Assembly (NCBI GenBank): GCA_048885865.1
Contig: JBHLLF010000002.1
Location: 64,001 to 128,000 of the forward strand
Length of the DNA stretch: 64,000 bases
Reading direction: 5' to 3'
DNA from: Candidatus Hermodarchaeota archaeon
GTDB lineage: Archaea; Asgardarchaeota; Thorarchaeia; Thorarchaeales; Thorarchaeaceae
The position numbers were made by a program, and so were the translations under genes. Position 1 is the first letter of the stretch, and each line of letters starts with the position of its first letter. Under the pieces are notes generated by a model. The model searched no databases and had not been told where the DNA came from. It saw nothing but the letters and a program-made list of their open reading frames with translations. This document shows, piece after piece, positions 10,701 through 21,221 of this stretch.

Positions 10701-12885
10701 GCTGTTCGACTGGGCTGATGATGGTCCAGGAGATCTAGCTGGCAACGGCGTGGCGAACTTCTACAATGTCTATCACTCTCCATGGGGTCAGATTTTCTCT
10801 GCGAGTGATACAATAAGGCACATTGGTCGAGCTTACAACGAGTTCAACAGCATGATAATACGTGTCGGTGATGTTGCTGGCCTCAGTAACGTCTTTCAGA
10901 ACACACCAGCTCTACAGGTGACAGACACCGAGGCAACTCTTACATCTGGACGTGACTTCAAGGTATCTCTCATTACCTGGGAGGTACAGACAGGATCGCT
11001 TGACGTGGTTTCTCACACAGGTGGTTTCAATGTGTCAGTCACTCCTACTAGCGATGAGTATGGTACTCATGCTGGATTTGTTGAAGTCCAGAATCTAGCA
11101 GCGACCTGGAGTCACCAGATTCCATACTCCTACAATGTTGCTGTAGATCTAGATGTGCCTGAGGGTGAAGTCATCACCTTGGCCGATGGAAATGGAACAG
11201 TCTTCAATCCATACGACAACGGTGCTGTGTTCGCTGCTGCTGATCTCTACGAGGAGAACTTTGCAGGAGCTGGAGACAAGAGAACATTCCGCATTGAAGT
11301 ACCTGAACCTGTTCTTGGAGGACCAAATGCAGGCAACGGCTCCATCTTGGCTTTCAAGGTGAGCTGGGAGAATCCTGGTACTGTCGTGGACATGTATCTC
11401 ACTGACAGCTATGAGAGCGACTACTTCTATGCTGCAACCAACAATGCTGACTTCCCACTCAACGAACCCCCAGTGAGACCAACGTACAACACTATGGTCT
11501 TCGATGGTGGTCCTGAGAGTGTGTATCTCTACCGTGGAGAATGGTATCTACAGTTGGTCGTCAGTGCATGGAATGGAACCGATCCGTTTGAGGAGATAAC
11601 ACTCGAAGTACAGTGGTTCATGCAAGGACCCTCTTCGAGCCTGGAATCATCCTACTCAGCTTCTGGTATACCATCCACACCATTTGGTAGTGGAGAGACT
11701 CTAGCTGGACATCACGTGGAGTTGAACTTCACCTACACTGACTACAGCTTCCCAATGAATCCAGACTTCGAGATCGTGGAGACTGAACTGGCATTCCTGA
11801 GTGGACTGTTCTTTGAAGACGAAGACATACCACTGGTTATTCCAACTGCAGCATTCCCGCCAGCTTGGCCATTCAATAATCCGAATTCGCCAATACCGGC
11901 GGATCAGGTTTCGGTTGCGATACTCAAGGGTCTTGCACCAGGTGATCCAGTCCGGATAGTTGCTGACTTCTCGACTGGAGACTGTGACTTCTGGGTTGTT
12001 GATGGAGAGACTCCATGGGCATACGGCAATGACCTGGTCACTGCAGCAGGTGGAACCATGGCATCAGGTGCCCATCCTGAAGCTGGTAGCTTCACTTGGA
12101 CTTCAACAAACGACACCATGATTCTCATATGTTGGAATTATGACCAAGATCCAGGTACATGGAGCTACACTGTGGATACTCGTTCAGCAGAGGCACAACC
12201 AGTAGTTCCTGGAAGAACTGTCATGTACGACACCTATGACTTCTTCTTCAACATCACCAAGGACATTCAGGTGACAGCCTACACAGGCACTGAGGTTGCA
12301 TGGGTGGAGACACTCAACGCGGTGACTTTCGCCAACTTCTTCAATCCAACGATTGAGTTGCTTGCTCCTTTGGGAGGTGAGGACTGGAGTACAGGTACTC
12401 ACAACATCACCTTCACTGCAGATGATGCAAACGGTGATGACATAATCTTCCGGATACGGTTCTCCAAGGACGGAGGAACATACTGGGAGACCCTGTACAC
12501 AGGACCAGCGCCATATGATGCAGTCAATGGCTACTACTACCACTCTTGGACCACAACTGGAATCTTGGCGACCGACGAAGCACTGATTGAAGTCACAGCG
12601 CTTGACAACGATACGCTATACGCCGGTCAATACGGCTTGCCGACCCTCTGGCCAGGAAATCCATCCATACCAGATAGGAGCGATGCCGTGTTCTCGCTTG
12701 GAAGCGGTACCATTCCACCACAGACAACACCGCCAACGACTCCACCGACAACACCACCAACTACACCCCCGACGACACCTCCACCACCAGTGCCACCTAT
12801 CGACCCGCTGTTGCTTGGTCTGATTGCTGGTATTGGCGTTGGAGTAGTAGTGGTGCTGATCCTCTTCCTAGTGAAGAAGCGTTAG
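7786..12885 (+). CDS. Large cell-surface S8 serine peptidase (pyrolysin-like) with C-terminal TM anchor
   Basis: GDGVTVAITDFS (Asp), NHGQWLAGAIASRG (His), SSAGNSG, KPDVVAPG, QGTSLSSP (Ser); Thr/Pro linker, TM, KKR; SD GAGGAG. Confidence 0.9.
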   Translation: MLDLHKKRAVVLLLIVTLSGSLFLAPAIVMRSPEATSFSTSPTIVDQAIDMIDSINQRLNDPIAREQKVDSLFASYIATEETTTEMDTSHGGVDFLVVLYPGTDVDAVRDNAKVHWAVDMGFATYVYGTVFSPAKAHILTKLDGLMYISADKVKPEIDIRTDVPEPDMFEIADDLGASGAEGLGYTGDGVTVAITDFSTDFSIPDLVDAVDVDALGRPTSYDPSGIGTQMLTYANATNVADVDAWLAAGYALTYYNATTGKYYLNVTGWDPLMARAPFSASAHYLRTLVHEHFGLYGGGLDTFIYDYLWKDWELPAPGSFDNYTVGWVFELRDDQFAALYAPALVIDASKLIIDWGAMAAYSQLINDYYWQETVDNPYDPDYRDELVGMMDWSFEDDYSAGWYYTVDGTGKGPVVHYNDGTNYYGLGSLGWIYDNLDFYTYYFNETYFAGTGMNATDEEIFCGFRADGLGFGLIYSELSLTTGTNHGQWLAGAIASRGTFGHKVYQESDPLNDTEYFLPGIAPGATVMSIKNFGFGSIFDDFGGTFWACGFHLNTTSGMWEYTGDHEADILSMSWGWGVGSQFDLFWTTLAFDAMSVPGYADPSYKGILMFSSAGNSGPGYMSSGAPATGGLVVSVGGTTKSHYYNNLYSEGQINANSPAPFSSMGPNFLGYPKPDVVAPGYRGVNPQPIQNIMYEGLPWYWSYTVGGPAQTYKWWQGTSLSSPLAAAVAAVALEAMMDNGWGYDPYVLKEVVLSSATDLGMDPFIQGHGQVNAYEACLAIHTLADDRYYFQTSDTLDNYYESAYICWRYWIFAYPANGFTWPAGSGGDNWLDIPPDIWASMPYPPGHPSASVGSALTSSIFFGDVFPGATETVTMSATGYNGVDYAQAGNYTVTAWEYVMSEMLSFEATTYTYLDHNFDPAVETDGVFNMTQEFIDEGYSPAQIDAAFADPYAFFVINFDEAYIGEIAVARLFDWADDGPGDLAGNGVANFYNVYHSPWGQIFSASDTIRHIGRAYNEFNSMIIRVGDVAGLSNVFQNTPALQVTDTEATLTSGRDFKVSLITWEVQTGSLDVVSHTGGFNVSVTPTSDEYGTHAGFVEVQNLAATWSHQIPYSYNVAVDLDVPEGEVITLADGNGTVFNPYDNGAVFAAADLYEENFAGAGDKRTFRIEVPEPVLGGPNAGNGSILAFKVSWENPGTVVDMYLTDSYESDYFYAATNNADFPLNEPPVRPTYNTMVFDGGPESVYLYRGEWYLQLVVSAWNGTDPFEEITLEVQWFMQGPSSSLESSYSASGIPSTPFGSGETLAGHHVELNFTYTDYSFPMNPDFEIVETELAFLSGLFFEDEDIPLVIPTAAFPPAWPFNNPNSPIPADQVSVAILKGLAPGDPVRIVADFSTGDCDFWVVDGETPWAYGNDLVTAAGGTMASGAHPEAGSFTWTSTNDTMILICWNYDQDPGTWSYTVDTRSAEAQPVVPGRTVMYDTYDFFFNITKDIQVTAYTGTEVAWVETLNAVTFANFFNPTIELLAPLGGEDWSTGTHNITFTADDANGDDIIFRIRFSKDGGTYWETLYTGPAPYDAVNGYYYHSWTTTGILATDEALIEVTALDNDTLYAGQYGLPTLWPGNPSIPDRSDAVFSLGSGTIPPQTTPPTTPPTTPPTTPPTTPPPPVPPIDPLLLGLIAGIGVGVVVVLILFLVKKR
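12724..12789 (+). repeat. Coding (TTPP)n tandem repeat, likely O-glycosylated stalk
   Basis: TTPPTTPPTTPPTTPPTTPPPP immediately before the TM. Confidence 0.85.
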
Positions 12886-12907
12886 GCCAAGGTATACGAC
12901 TCAGCTT

Positions 12908-12941
12908 AAAGGGGGCTTATGCCCCCACACCCCTTTTTTTT
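12908..12941 (+). terminator. Hairpin plus poly-T terminator after the large S8 gene
   Basis: GGGGGC-TTAT-GCCCCC followed by CCCCTTTTTTTT. Confidence 0.7.
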
Positions 12942-13044
12942 GACTGTCGGCAACTCAGAGAATTCTATGTTCTACAGAAGTGTATTTGACAAAATGGATT
13001 GGAATCCACATTTCCTTTGTCTAGGAAATCTGGTCAACCAACAG

Positions 13045-13575
13045 CTAGAATTTCTCAGAAGCAACTACTTCTTTGAGCGGCCTACGTGGTCGCATCGCAG
13101 GGACAGACCCGGCGATAAGGCCAATTGGTACTATCGCGACCGGTCTCATACTGGCAGGAACATTCACCGCCTTGGCAGCAAGTCCTTCATCAAAAGCTCC
13201 TATCCAACATGCACCATAGCCCTTCATATGGGAGGCGAGCAGTAGGTTCTGCGTCAACGCAGCAGTGTCCTGGAGCACATAGAGTGTCCTCCCCCTCTTT
13301 CCGTACCTCTCTGCAGATTCTTCTGGGACCGCACACACAACTAGGATAACGGGTGCTTGGGCAATGAACTTCTGATTGAGTGCAGCCTCGACTAGAGCCG
13401 CCTTTGTGTTCTTGTTTCTAACAACCACAACACGCCATGGCTGCCTGTTGCCAGCAGATGGAGCACTGAATCCGACCTCTAGTATGTCATTCAAATTCTC
13501 TTCGCTAATATCCGTACTTTCGAATTTTCTAATTGACTGTCTGCTCTTCACAGTATCTAAACAGCTCTCATTCAC
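13045..13575 (-). CDS. Nitroreductase family flavoprotein
   Basis: RQSIRKF, APSAGNRQPW, GYGACWIGAF. Confidence 0.92.
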   Translation of the reverse strand: MNESCLDTVKSRQSIRKFESTDISEENLNDILEVGFSAPSAGNRQPWRVVVVRNKNTKAALVEAALNQKFIAQAPVILVVCAVPEESAERYGKRGRTLYVLQDTAALTQNLLLASHMKGYGACWIGAFDEGLAAKAVNVPASMRPVAIVPIGLIAGSVPAMRPRRPLKEVVASEKF

Positions 13576-14551
13576 TCCATTTCACCTCTGGATTCACAAT
13601 ATTTGGGGGTTTTTCACCCTGTAAGGCAGCTATCAAGTTTCTTGCACACATCTCTGCCATCTTTGCACGTGTGTCGATACTTGCACTCCCAATATGCGGG
13701 AGCAAAACGACATTATCAAGATTGAGTAATCCGCTATTCATCGGAATCGGTTCATCTCTAAAGACATCAAGACCCGCGCCTGCAAGCAATCCTGTTTTCA
13801 GCGCTCGAGTCAAGGCGTCCTCATCAATCACCGGGCCTCTTGATGTATTCACCAAGAATGCAGATGGTTTCATCATCCGCAACTCGTCTATCCCTATCAT
13901 ACATTGGGTATCATCTGTCAAGGGAACATGAACAGTAACAATATCTGACTCACGGAGAAGCGTTTCTAAATCTGTTCTCGAAGCTTTCAAGTCTGCCTCA
14001 ATCTCTTCATTTCTGGACCTCGAATGATACAGTATTTTCATCGAGAAGCCTGCAGCCCGTCGGGCTACAGCACTGCCTATTCGACCTGTTCCTATGATTC
14101 CTAGTGTTGAACCGAAAATATCCCTTCCAAGAAGCATTGTGGGATCCCAAGGAACTCGCCAGTTACCATTTCTCACGTATCGGTCTGCTTCCGGAACCCT
14201 CCGACAGGCTGCTAGGATTAGAGCCCATGTTAGGTCTGCAGTGGTTTCTGTGAGAATCCCTGGTGTGTTCGTGACCGCTATATTTCTTTCAGTTGCTGCT
14301 TGAATGTCAATGTTGTCGTAGCCCACGGCGCATTGTGCAATAACTCTAAGGTTTGGCAGCGAGTCCATCAGCTCAGCGTCTATTGGGTCTGAAAGGAGTG
14401 TGACAAGTCCTCTGCAGCCTTGCGCACCCTTGATGATTTCCTTCTTTGACGGTGGATCAACATGTGCCCAAACATTTGTGTCAAAATTCGCCCTTATTCG
14501 TTCTAGGCCCTCCTCTGGAATTCTTCTGGTTACAAAGACGCGGTCCTTCAT
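13568..14551 (-). CDS. gyaR: Glyoxylate reductase / D-2-hydroxyacid dehydrogenase
   Basis: AVGYDNID, VTNTPG, GIIGTGRIG, NTSRG, GLDVF, LPHIGSA. Confidence 0.9.
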   Translation of the reverse strand: MKDRVFVTRRIPEEGLERIRANFDTNVWAHVDPPSKKEIIKGAQGCRGLVTLLSDPIDAELMDSLPNLRVIAQCAVGYDNIDIQAATERNIAVTNTPGILTETTADLTWALILAACRRVPEADRYVRNGNWRVPWDPTMLLGRDIFGSTLGIIGTGRIGSAVARRAAGFSMKILYHSRSRNEEIEADLKASRTDLETLLRESDIVTVHVPLTDDTQCMIGIDELRMMKPSAFLVNTSRGPVIDEDALTRALKTGLLAGAGLDVFRDEPIPMNSGLLNLDNVVLLPHIGSASIDTRAKMAEMCARNLIAALQGEKPPNIVNPEVKWSE

Positions 14552-14785
14552 TTGAGGTCACTCACTTTCTTTTTACGGCGGATGTGTTTCTGTCACGACC
14601 ATCCTCCACTTGAATGCTACCCTACAGTGCCCTTCGTCCTTCGCTATCTTGTTGAAGTCAATGCAAATTAAAAAGGAGTAGCTACTCAAAAATGGAGCCC
14701 TCTGCTTTGACCTATTGTCTTATATTGTGCTCAGAGAACATTAGTCAAGGAAGGCTATAGCCCGATAAAGGGCCGGTGGTGAACA

Positions 14786-15052
14786 ATGTCCTTAGAGCTA
14801 CCAAGAAGTGCAATTATAGTCCTAGACAAATTAACGCATGACGGTCCTCTGACCCCGAAAGACATCTCCACTAGAGTCGATCTTGCCCCAAGAACGGTTT
14901 CATTTGCTCTACGCAAGTTGATGGGGCAGAAACTCTGCAGAAAGATCCCGAACCTTCAGGATATGAGGCAGCCTCTCTATCTGGCTGATGTGGAGAGAGC
15001 CAGGGAACTCCGAATGAAATTCGAGCATGTTTTCCGTCAGGTTCTCATGTAA
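14786..15052 (+). CDS. Small archaeal winged-helix (MarR/ArsR-like) transcription regulator
   Basis: LPRSA...GPLTPKDI...LAPRTVSFALRKL...DMRQ pattern; SD GGTGG. Confidence 0.85.
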   Translation: MSLELPRSAIIVLDKLTHDGPLTPKDISTRVDLAPRTVSFALRKLMGQKLCRKIPNLQDMRQPLYLADVERARELRMKFEHVFRQVLM

Positions 15053-15167
15053 GAGTATGACCATGCTTACTCCCTTCTCTTGTTTCTAAAATTGAGATTC
15101 CCCGTCAATGAAAACAATCAAGTAGAGTTAATAGTGAGAATTGAATTTCCAGCCTGGATGGATTGAC

Positions 15168-15353
15168 ATGGCGCATGAAGGAATTGCTTCTCTGCTGATA
15201 ATCTTGGGGATAATCCTCATTATTTCCTACCAACTCGGCCCTAGCAAAGAAGTGCGCGAGATAAAGCGTCTCGAAGCGAAAGCAATGACTCTGCCATCTG
15301 CAATTCTGCTCTTTGTCCTTGCGGCCATCCTGTTCAGTGGGATCCTTGGTTAA
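15168..15353 (+). CDS. Small two-TM membrane protein
   Basis: Two hydrophobic helices; stop codon overlaps the citG stop (TTAA). Confidence 0.6.
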   Translation: MAHEGIASLLIILGIILIISYQLGPSKEVREIKRLEAKAMTLPSAILLFVLAAILFSGILG

Positions 15354-16342
15354 GTCCTTCCATACTCCATTGCCACAAGTTTGCAGAAGATTGCTGCTGA
15401 TACAAAATCAGCTGTTGTTCCTGGATTAAGGAGATTCCCTTCTCTCCTCAGTTCATCATCCAGATGTGCCATCAAATCATCAGTATCTTTTCCATTCATG
15501 CCATTGCTGACGATTTTCTCGGCTAGAACTCGGACCTCCTCAGCACGTTTGATTCCTGCCTTCTTTAGGATTAGTCCATCATGGTGCCTCGATAGCTGCC
15601 AGATGAAAGTTCTTACAATGCCTTCTTCAAGGTCTTCCAGACTCTCTGCAACTTGATCTAGATATGGGAACACTTTCCCTAGGATATCTTGGTAATATTC
15701 GGACCATTCTCGCGAAATTGGGTCGACTTCGGCAGACATCTTGAACAGCTCGTGTAGAGTCATGTTGTCCTCTCTAATGTTGTCAAACACCTTTGGATTC
15801 TCGATGTCAAATCTATCATGAACATCGGTCCAAGTGGCATCCGCCTTGTTCAGTTGACCTCCAGGATGTATTAGATGGAATGCTCTGTAGAGATCTACGG
15901 TATCTTCAGATGATGTTGCATTTAGTATCAGCTTGATCCAGCGGCTCATACAGTCTGTCGTGAACATGTCTGACTCTGCGATATTCGCTCCTGCTGCTAT
16001 GACAAGAGGCAAATGGAGAAGAACTGTTCCGAAAATAGTATTCCTTTGATTCAAACCTGAGAAGACATCCCGCGAACATTCGTATATGATGCTCCCAATC
16101 TTGACATCCTCAGGACCAATTCGCCCCTCAGCCAATTCCTGACCTTTCGACGCAGCTATATGCAAGCCTCTTGATGCAAGTGAAGCGCTGGCCAGAAAGT
16201 GCCTGTATCCTGTATCTGAGAATCTTCGGAGCCGGCTCACATTTCCGGGCTTTGGAGAACTGACCTCCAAGAGAATGGATAGCTGACCAAGGCTCGCCAG
16301 TTTCCAGGTTATGTTCGCTTTCAAAGTGAGAAGTCTGGACAT
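15350..16342 (-). CDS. citG: Triphosphoribosyl-dephospho-CoA synthase family (archaeal CitG-like)
   Basis: LEVSSPKPGNV, NTIFG, LNPGTTAD motifs. Confidence 0.85.
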   Translation of the reverse strand: MSRLLTLKANITWKLASLGQLSILLEVSSPKPGNVSRLRRFSDTGYRHFLASASLASRGLHIAASKGQELAEGRIGPEDVKIGSIIYECSRDVFSGLNQRNTIFGTVLLHLPLVIAAGANIAESDMFTTDCMSRWIKLILNATSSEDTVDLYRAFHLIHPGGQLNKADATWTDVHDRFDIENPKVFDNIREDNMTLHELFKMSAEVDPISREWSEYYQDILGKVFPYLDQVAESLEDLEEGIVRTFIWQLSRHHDGLILKKAGIKRAEEVRVLAEKIVSNGMNGKDTDDLMAHLDDELRREGNLLNPGTTADFVSAAIFCKLVAMEYGRT

Positions 16343-16417
16343 GCACCCTCGTTTAAGGAATTCGCATCAGGGAGAAAAGGCTTTTTTGCCGTCACTTTTC
16401 TGGGAAACTGAATCACA

Positions 16418-16756
16418 ATGAATGCGCCTATCCTTTCCGCTCGCCTGACCTTCTCACAGATTGGTCTGTTTATAGCTATAATCATCTACCTTGCTGTCAG
16501 AGGCTTCTTTGTGATACTCAACATTGGAATTCTGTGGACCACGGTAGGTGGCTTTCTTGCAATCGCAATCCCTCCACTCTCAACCATCGTGATGGGATTC
16601 ACTGCTTGTGTAATTGCTTATGGATATTCGTACTTAGGTCTGTGGCTAATGGATAAGAACCAGCATCTCCCGGGATTGATAACGATTTTCATGGGAGTGA
16701 TATTTCTACCCGGTCTACTTGGGGCTTACTCTTATCTTGCATTCCCACCAGTCTAG
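16418..16756 (+). CDS. Hypothetical membrane protein
   Basis: 3-4 hydrophobic segments; shares a CTAG stop overlap with the sirtuin gene. Confidence 0.6.
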   Translation: MNAPILSARLTFSQIGLFIAIIIYLAVRGFFVILNIGILWTTVGGFLAIAIPPLSTIVMGFTACVIAYGYSYLGLWLMDKNQHLPGLITIFMGVIFLPGLLGAYSYLAFPPV

Positions 16757-17499
16757 ATATTGGTGATCGCGGGTACAATATCGGATGCCCTACCTCGAAG
16801 TACTAGGTCGGCTATGTGATCTTTATTCGTACCTGTCAGATTGATGATTATGATCTTTGCTCCTTCATTCTTAGCCAATTGCGGAAGAAACGCAACTGGG
16901 AAGACTGTCAGGCTTGCACCGATGACTAGCATCAGGTCCGCAGAACGGCACATTTCTATTGCTTCTTGCATTGGAGTTTCTGGTAGGGGCTCACCAAACA
17001 GGATCGCTTCAGACTTCAGGACTCCACCACATTGGTCGCATATTGGCGGAATCTCGCCCTCCGCCACACGTCGATGAATGTCTTCACCAATGTATTGCAT
17101 TGAACAGTTCATGCAATACGCGCGTAGATAATTGCCATGTAGCTCTATGACTTTCTTGCTTCCTGCTAACTGATGTAGGTTGTCGATGTTCGATGTGATT
17201 ATACCACTAAGCTTGCCAGTTTCTTCTAGTTTTGCTAGTCCTTTGTGGGCGGCATTGGGCTCCGCTTTTAGAATTACATCAGCAAGTTCTTGTCCCATCT
17301 GCCAGAATTTCTCAGGATTCCTTAGGAATGAATCATAGGTGGCATATTCGTGAGGGTCGTATCTTTCCCAGAGCCCACCCTCTGAGCGGAAATCTGGGAT
17401 TCCTGAATCAACACTAATCCCCGCACCGGTAAGTGCAACAATGCGTTCTCCCTTTTTGATATACTCAATTGCTTGTCTGAGGTCTTCCTCGCTTGCCAT
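16753..17499 (-). CDS. cobB: NAD-dependent protein deacylase, Sir2 family
   Basis: LTGAGIS..SGIPDFR, NIDNLH, ELHG, CxxC...CxxC, FGE. Confidence 0.93.
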   Translation of the reverse strand: MASEEDLRQAIEYIKKGERIVALTGAGISVDSGIPDFRSEGGLWERYDPHEYATYDSFLRNPEKFWQMGQELADVILKAEPNAAHKGLAKLEETGKLSGIITSNIDNLHQLAGSKKVIELHGNYLRAYCMNCSMQYIGEDIHRRVAEGEIPPICDQCGGVLKSEAILFGEPLPETPMQEAIEMCRSADLMLVIGASLTVFPVAFLPQLAKNEGAKIIIINLTGTNKDHIADLVLRGRASDIVPAITNI

Positions 17500-17688
17500 G
17501 TCAGTTTCTCCAATCTCCTACCTAAAAGGCGTTTTCGGTCAGTTCGAAAAGTTTTTCTTTGAAGATAGAAAGAGCGCCGACAGCCGGGGTGAGGTATAGA
17601 CGATTCTATCTATTCCCTCAAGGTTTGAGACCCCACAAGCATCTGTTTACATTAAGGAGCAAGCAATTGATAGGTGGAACTGCTAAGA

Positions 17689-18297
17689 ATGCAGAACGAG
17701 CGTGATGATGAGTCAATAGAGGTTGATATGACCACTGAAGACGAAGATGAGGACTTTGAGCTAATTCCTACTTCAGATGCTGATGAGATTGAGCGAGCGA
17801 GTCTGAAATCGGAGGAGCTTCTAGACAAATTTCAGCGTTTGCAGGCTGAATTTGACAATTACCGCAAGCGGATGGAGAGCCGCTTTAGTGAGGCTGCGAA
17901 ATTCGCTTCTGAAGGGATCCTACTAAAAGTTCTTGAGGTCTATGATAATCTTGAACGAGCGCTCGAAGTAGACTTCTCTAAGAATCCCAATGCCGCAAAG
18001 GAAGGTGTTGGCGCAATAGAGAAGCAAGTCAGGAACCTACTGGAAAAGGAAGGTGTTAAGCCCAAAGAATCCATGGGAATGCCTTTTGATCCCTACTACC
18101 AACATGCTGTGGGGACTATGAACGATGCTGACAGGCCTGATGGACTCGTTGTAGATGTATTCCAGAAAGGATACATGCTCAAGGAGAAAGTGCTGAGGCC
18201 CGCGCTCGTTGTTGTGAACCGGCATGAAATCCCTCTAGAATCTGAGGGTCAAGATAAAGCGGATGATGAAGAATCAGAAGCTGAAGGTGATGAATGA
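17689..18297 (+). CDS. grpE: Nucleotide exchange factor GrpE
   Basis: [44 protein letters not shown]. Confidence 0.95.
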   Translation: MQNERDDESIEVDMTTEDEDEDFELIPTSDADEIERASLKSEELLDKFQRLQAEFDNYRKRMESRFSEAAKFASEGILLKVLEVYDNLERALEVDFSKNPNAAKEGVGAIEKQVRNLLEKEGVKPKESMGMPFDPYYQHAVGTMNDADRPDGLVVDVFQKGYMLKEKVLRPALVVVNRHEIPLESEGQDKADDEESEAEGDE

Positions 18298-20159
18298 TGG
18301 CGAAAGTTGTTGGAATTGATCTTGGAACGACAAACAGTGGCATTGCATATATGGAGGCTGGAAAGCCAACCATTATTCCAAATGCAGAGGGAGGTCGATT
18401 GACTCCTTCAGTTGTAGGGATTACCCCGAAAGGTGAGATTGTAGTAGGCGAGCTTGCAAAACGCCAGTCTGTTTCAATGCCAGAACGTACTGTGCGATCC
18501 ATCAAGCGCAAAATGGGACAAGACTACAAGGTCAAGATTGGCGACAAGGAGTATTCCCCTCAAGAAATCTCGGCTATGATTCTCACAAAGATGAAGAAGG
18601 ATGCTGAAGCATTCCTTGGCGAGTCTATTCAGCGAGCTGTAATTACAGTCCCAGCCTATTTCAATGACAGTCAGAGACAAGCCACAAAGGACGCTGGTAG
18701 AATAGCAGGACTTGAGGTCCTTCGTATTGTTAATGAACCAACAGCATCCGCATTGGCTTATAATCTCGACAAAGGCGAAGAAATCAACGTTCTTGTATAT
18801 GACTTGGGGGGCGGCACTTTTGATGTATCCATTCTTGATATCGGAGAGGATGTCTACAAGGTGCTTTCAACCAGCGGAAACACCCAACTTGGTGGTGACG
18901 ACTGGGACAAGCGCATAATTGATTGGGTCGTTGAAGATTTCAACAAGAAAACTGGTATGGATATTACAAAGGACCTCTCTGCAATGCAGAGAATAAGGGA
19001 CGCAGCCGAACAGGCAAAGATTGAGCTGTCTACTGTCAAAAAGACAACGATTAACTTGCCCTATATCACAGCTGATCAGAGTGGCCCGAAGCATATTGAC
19101 ATAGAAATAACTCGGTCGCAATTTGAGAAGATGACTGATGATTTAGTGCAAGCTACCATTGGTCCTATTCGTCAAGCCCTGTCAGATGCAAAGATGGAAG
19201 CTGAGCAAGTTGACAAGATTCTGCTTGTTGGAGGCGCAACCCGAATGCCGATGATTCAGGAAGCCGTACGCGCAATTTTCGGGAAAGAAGGCGATAAGAG
19301 TATCAATCCGGACGAGGTTGTCGCACTAGGGGCTGGAGCACAGGCTGGTGTCATTTCTGGTGAAACTGATATCCTACTTCTTGATGTCACTCCACTTACG
19401 CTCAGCATTGAAACTCTAGGAGGTGTGGCTACTCCTCTTATCGAAAGAAACACCACAATCCCCACAAGGAAGAGCAAGAAATTCACCACAGCTGCCAACA
19501 ACCAGCCTGCCGTTGATATCCATGTTACACAAGGAGAGCGCCCTATGTCGAAAGACAACATGACGCTAGGTCGGTTTCAGCTTGTTGGCATTCCTCCTGC
19601 GCCACGCGGCATTCCTCAGATTGAAGTGACATTTGATATCAATGCTGATGGAATTGTCCAAGTCACAGCAAAAGACTTGGCAACAGGTAACGAGCAGTCT
19701 ATTGAGATCACAGCGACTACCAATCTCTCTGAAAACGATGTGAGCCGTATGGTAAAAGAGGCCGAAGAATATGCAGAAGAAGACGCCAAACGTAAGGCAC
19801 AGGCAGATACTCTGAACGCGGCTGACCAAATTATATGGCAAGGTGAGAAACTGGTTAGAGACCTCGGAGACAAAGTCCCTGAAGACTTAAAGAAGGAACT
19901 GGAGTCCAAATCAGAAGACCTCAGAAAAGCCATTGAATCTGAGGACTATGACAAGATGAAGTCTGGTACCGAGGAAGTGCAACAGGTACTATACAAGATT
20001 TCAGAGAAGGTCTATGGACAACAGGGACCTGGAGCAGCGGGGTTCGATCCGAGCCAGATGGGAGCGGCCTTCAGCCAGCAGCCAGCTGGTGGAACTACTG
20101 AAAAGACTGAAGATGACGCTGAAGATGTCGTCGATGTAGACTTCGAGGATCTCGATTAA
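18294..20159 (+). CDS. dnaK: Chaperone DnaK (Hsp70)
   Basis: [43 protein letters not shown]. Confidence 0.98.
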   Translation: MMAKVVGIDLGTTNSGIAYMEAGKPTIIPNAEGGRLTPSVVGITPKGEIVVGELAKRQSVSMPERTVRSIKRKMGQDYKVKIGDKEYSPQEISAMILTKMKKDAEAFLGESIQRAVITVPAYFNDSQRQATKDAGRIAGLEVLRIVNEPTASALAYNLDKGEEINVLVYDLGGGTFDVSILDIGEDVYKVLSTSGNTQLGGDDWDKRIIDWVVEDFNKKTGMDITKDLSAMQRIRDAAEQAKIELSTVKKTTINLPYITADQSGPKHIDIEITRSQFEKMTDDLVQATIGPIRQALSDAKMEAEQVDKILLVGGATRMPMIQEAVRAIFGKEGDKSINPDEVVALGAGAQAGVISGETDILLLDVTPLTLSIETLGGVATPLIERNTTIPTRKSKKFTTAANNQPAVDIHVTQGERPMSKDNMTLGRFQLVGIPPAPRGIPQIEVTFDINADGIVQVTAKDLATGNEQSIEITATTNLSENDVSRMVKEAEEYAEEDAKRKAQADTLNAADQIIWQGEKLVRDLGDKVPEDLKKELESKSEDLRKAIESEDYDKMKSGTEEVQQVLYKISEKVYGQQGPGAAGFDPSQMGAAFSQQPAGGTTEKTEDDAEDVVDVDFEDLD

Positions 20160-20180
20160 TATCAATAATGGTGGTACTAC

Positions 20181-21221
20181 TTGGCTTCAGATGACCTATA
20201 CGAGCGTCTTGGTGTGAGCAGGAGTGCCACTCAGGATGAAATCAAGAAGGCATATCGTAGCCTTGCCAAGAAGTATCATCCTGATAGGAATCCCGGCAAT
20301 GCCAAAGCAGAAGACATCTTGAAAGGCATAAACGAGGCGTACGAAGTCCTAAGCGATCCAGAGAAGAGAGCGAATTACGACAGATATGGCACTGCTGACT
20401 TTCAAGGCATCGACATGGGCGGCTTTGGTGATATTTTTGGTGACCTATTCAGAGGATTTGGCTTCGGCGACTTTGGCATGGGTAGACGAGGGCGTGCTGG
20501 CCCCCCTCCTGGTCAGACACTCAGACTCACAATCCCACTCACTTTCGAAGAAGCTTTCTTTGGGGTTGAGAAAGAGATAGCATTCAACAGACAGATTCAT
20601 TGTGAGACCTGCGGAGGCAGCGGTGCCAATCCTGGTTCCTCACCTAGGACATGCTCTTCTTGTAGAGGACGAGGGCAGGTAATGCGTTCAATGGGTGGGT
20701 TCATGACGGTCTCCCAGACTTGTCCCACATGCGGTGGCCAAGGTGAAGTGATAGACTCACCATGCTCTAGTTGTCGCGGTTCCGGGCTTCAAAAGGACAG
20801 GCGTGAGATCAAGATTCCTATTCCTCCCGGTGTAGAGGACGGGCAAGGCATTAGGATTCAGGGAGGAGGTAGCGCTGGACAAAGAGGCGGACCTTTTGGA
20901 GACCTCATCTTAATGTTTACAGTTGAGCCTCATGAGATTTTTGTGAGGAGGGGTCTCCATGTCTACATGGAAACTGAGATTCCATTCTCGCTTGCTGTTA
21001 TGGGTGGGGAAATGGATGTGCCGACCATGCGCGGTTTGAGCAAGATGAAGATAAGCAAAGGAACAAGGGGCGGCACAGTCCTTAGGATGAAGGGCAAGGG
21101 TGTTCAAACTGAGGAGGGTCGCTTAGGTGACCAATTGGTGAGGGTTTCGATAAAGATACCGAAGAAGCTCTCGAAAGAACAGAAAGAGTATCTGAAGAAG
21201 TTTGATGACATCTTTGACTAG
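20181..21221 (+). CDS. dnaJ: Chaperone DnaJ
   Basis: J-domain with HPD, G/F-rich region, four CxxCxGxG motifs; TTG start. Confidence 0.97.
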   Translation: MASDDLYERLGVSRSATQDEIKKAYRSLAKKYHPDRNPGNAKAEDILKGINEAYEVLSDPEKRANYDRYGTADFQGIDMGGFGDIFGDLFRGFGFGDFGMGRRGRAGPPPGQTLRLTIPLTFEEAFFGVEKEIAFNRQIHCETCGGSGANPGSSPRTCSSCRGRGQVMRSMGGFMTVSQTCPTCGGQGEVIDSPCSSCRGSGLQKDRREIKIPIPPGVEDGQGIRIQGGGSAGQRGGPFGDLILMFTVEPHEIFVRRGLHVYMETEIPFSLAVMGGEMDVPTMRGLSKMKISKGTRGGTVLRMKGKGVQTEEGRLGDQLVRVSIKIPKKLSKEQKEYLKKFDDIFD

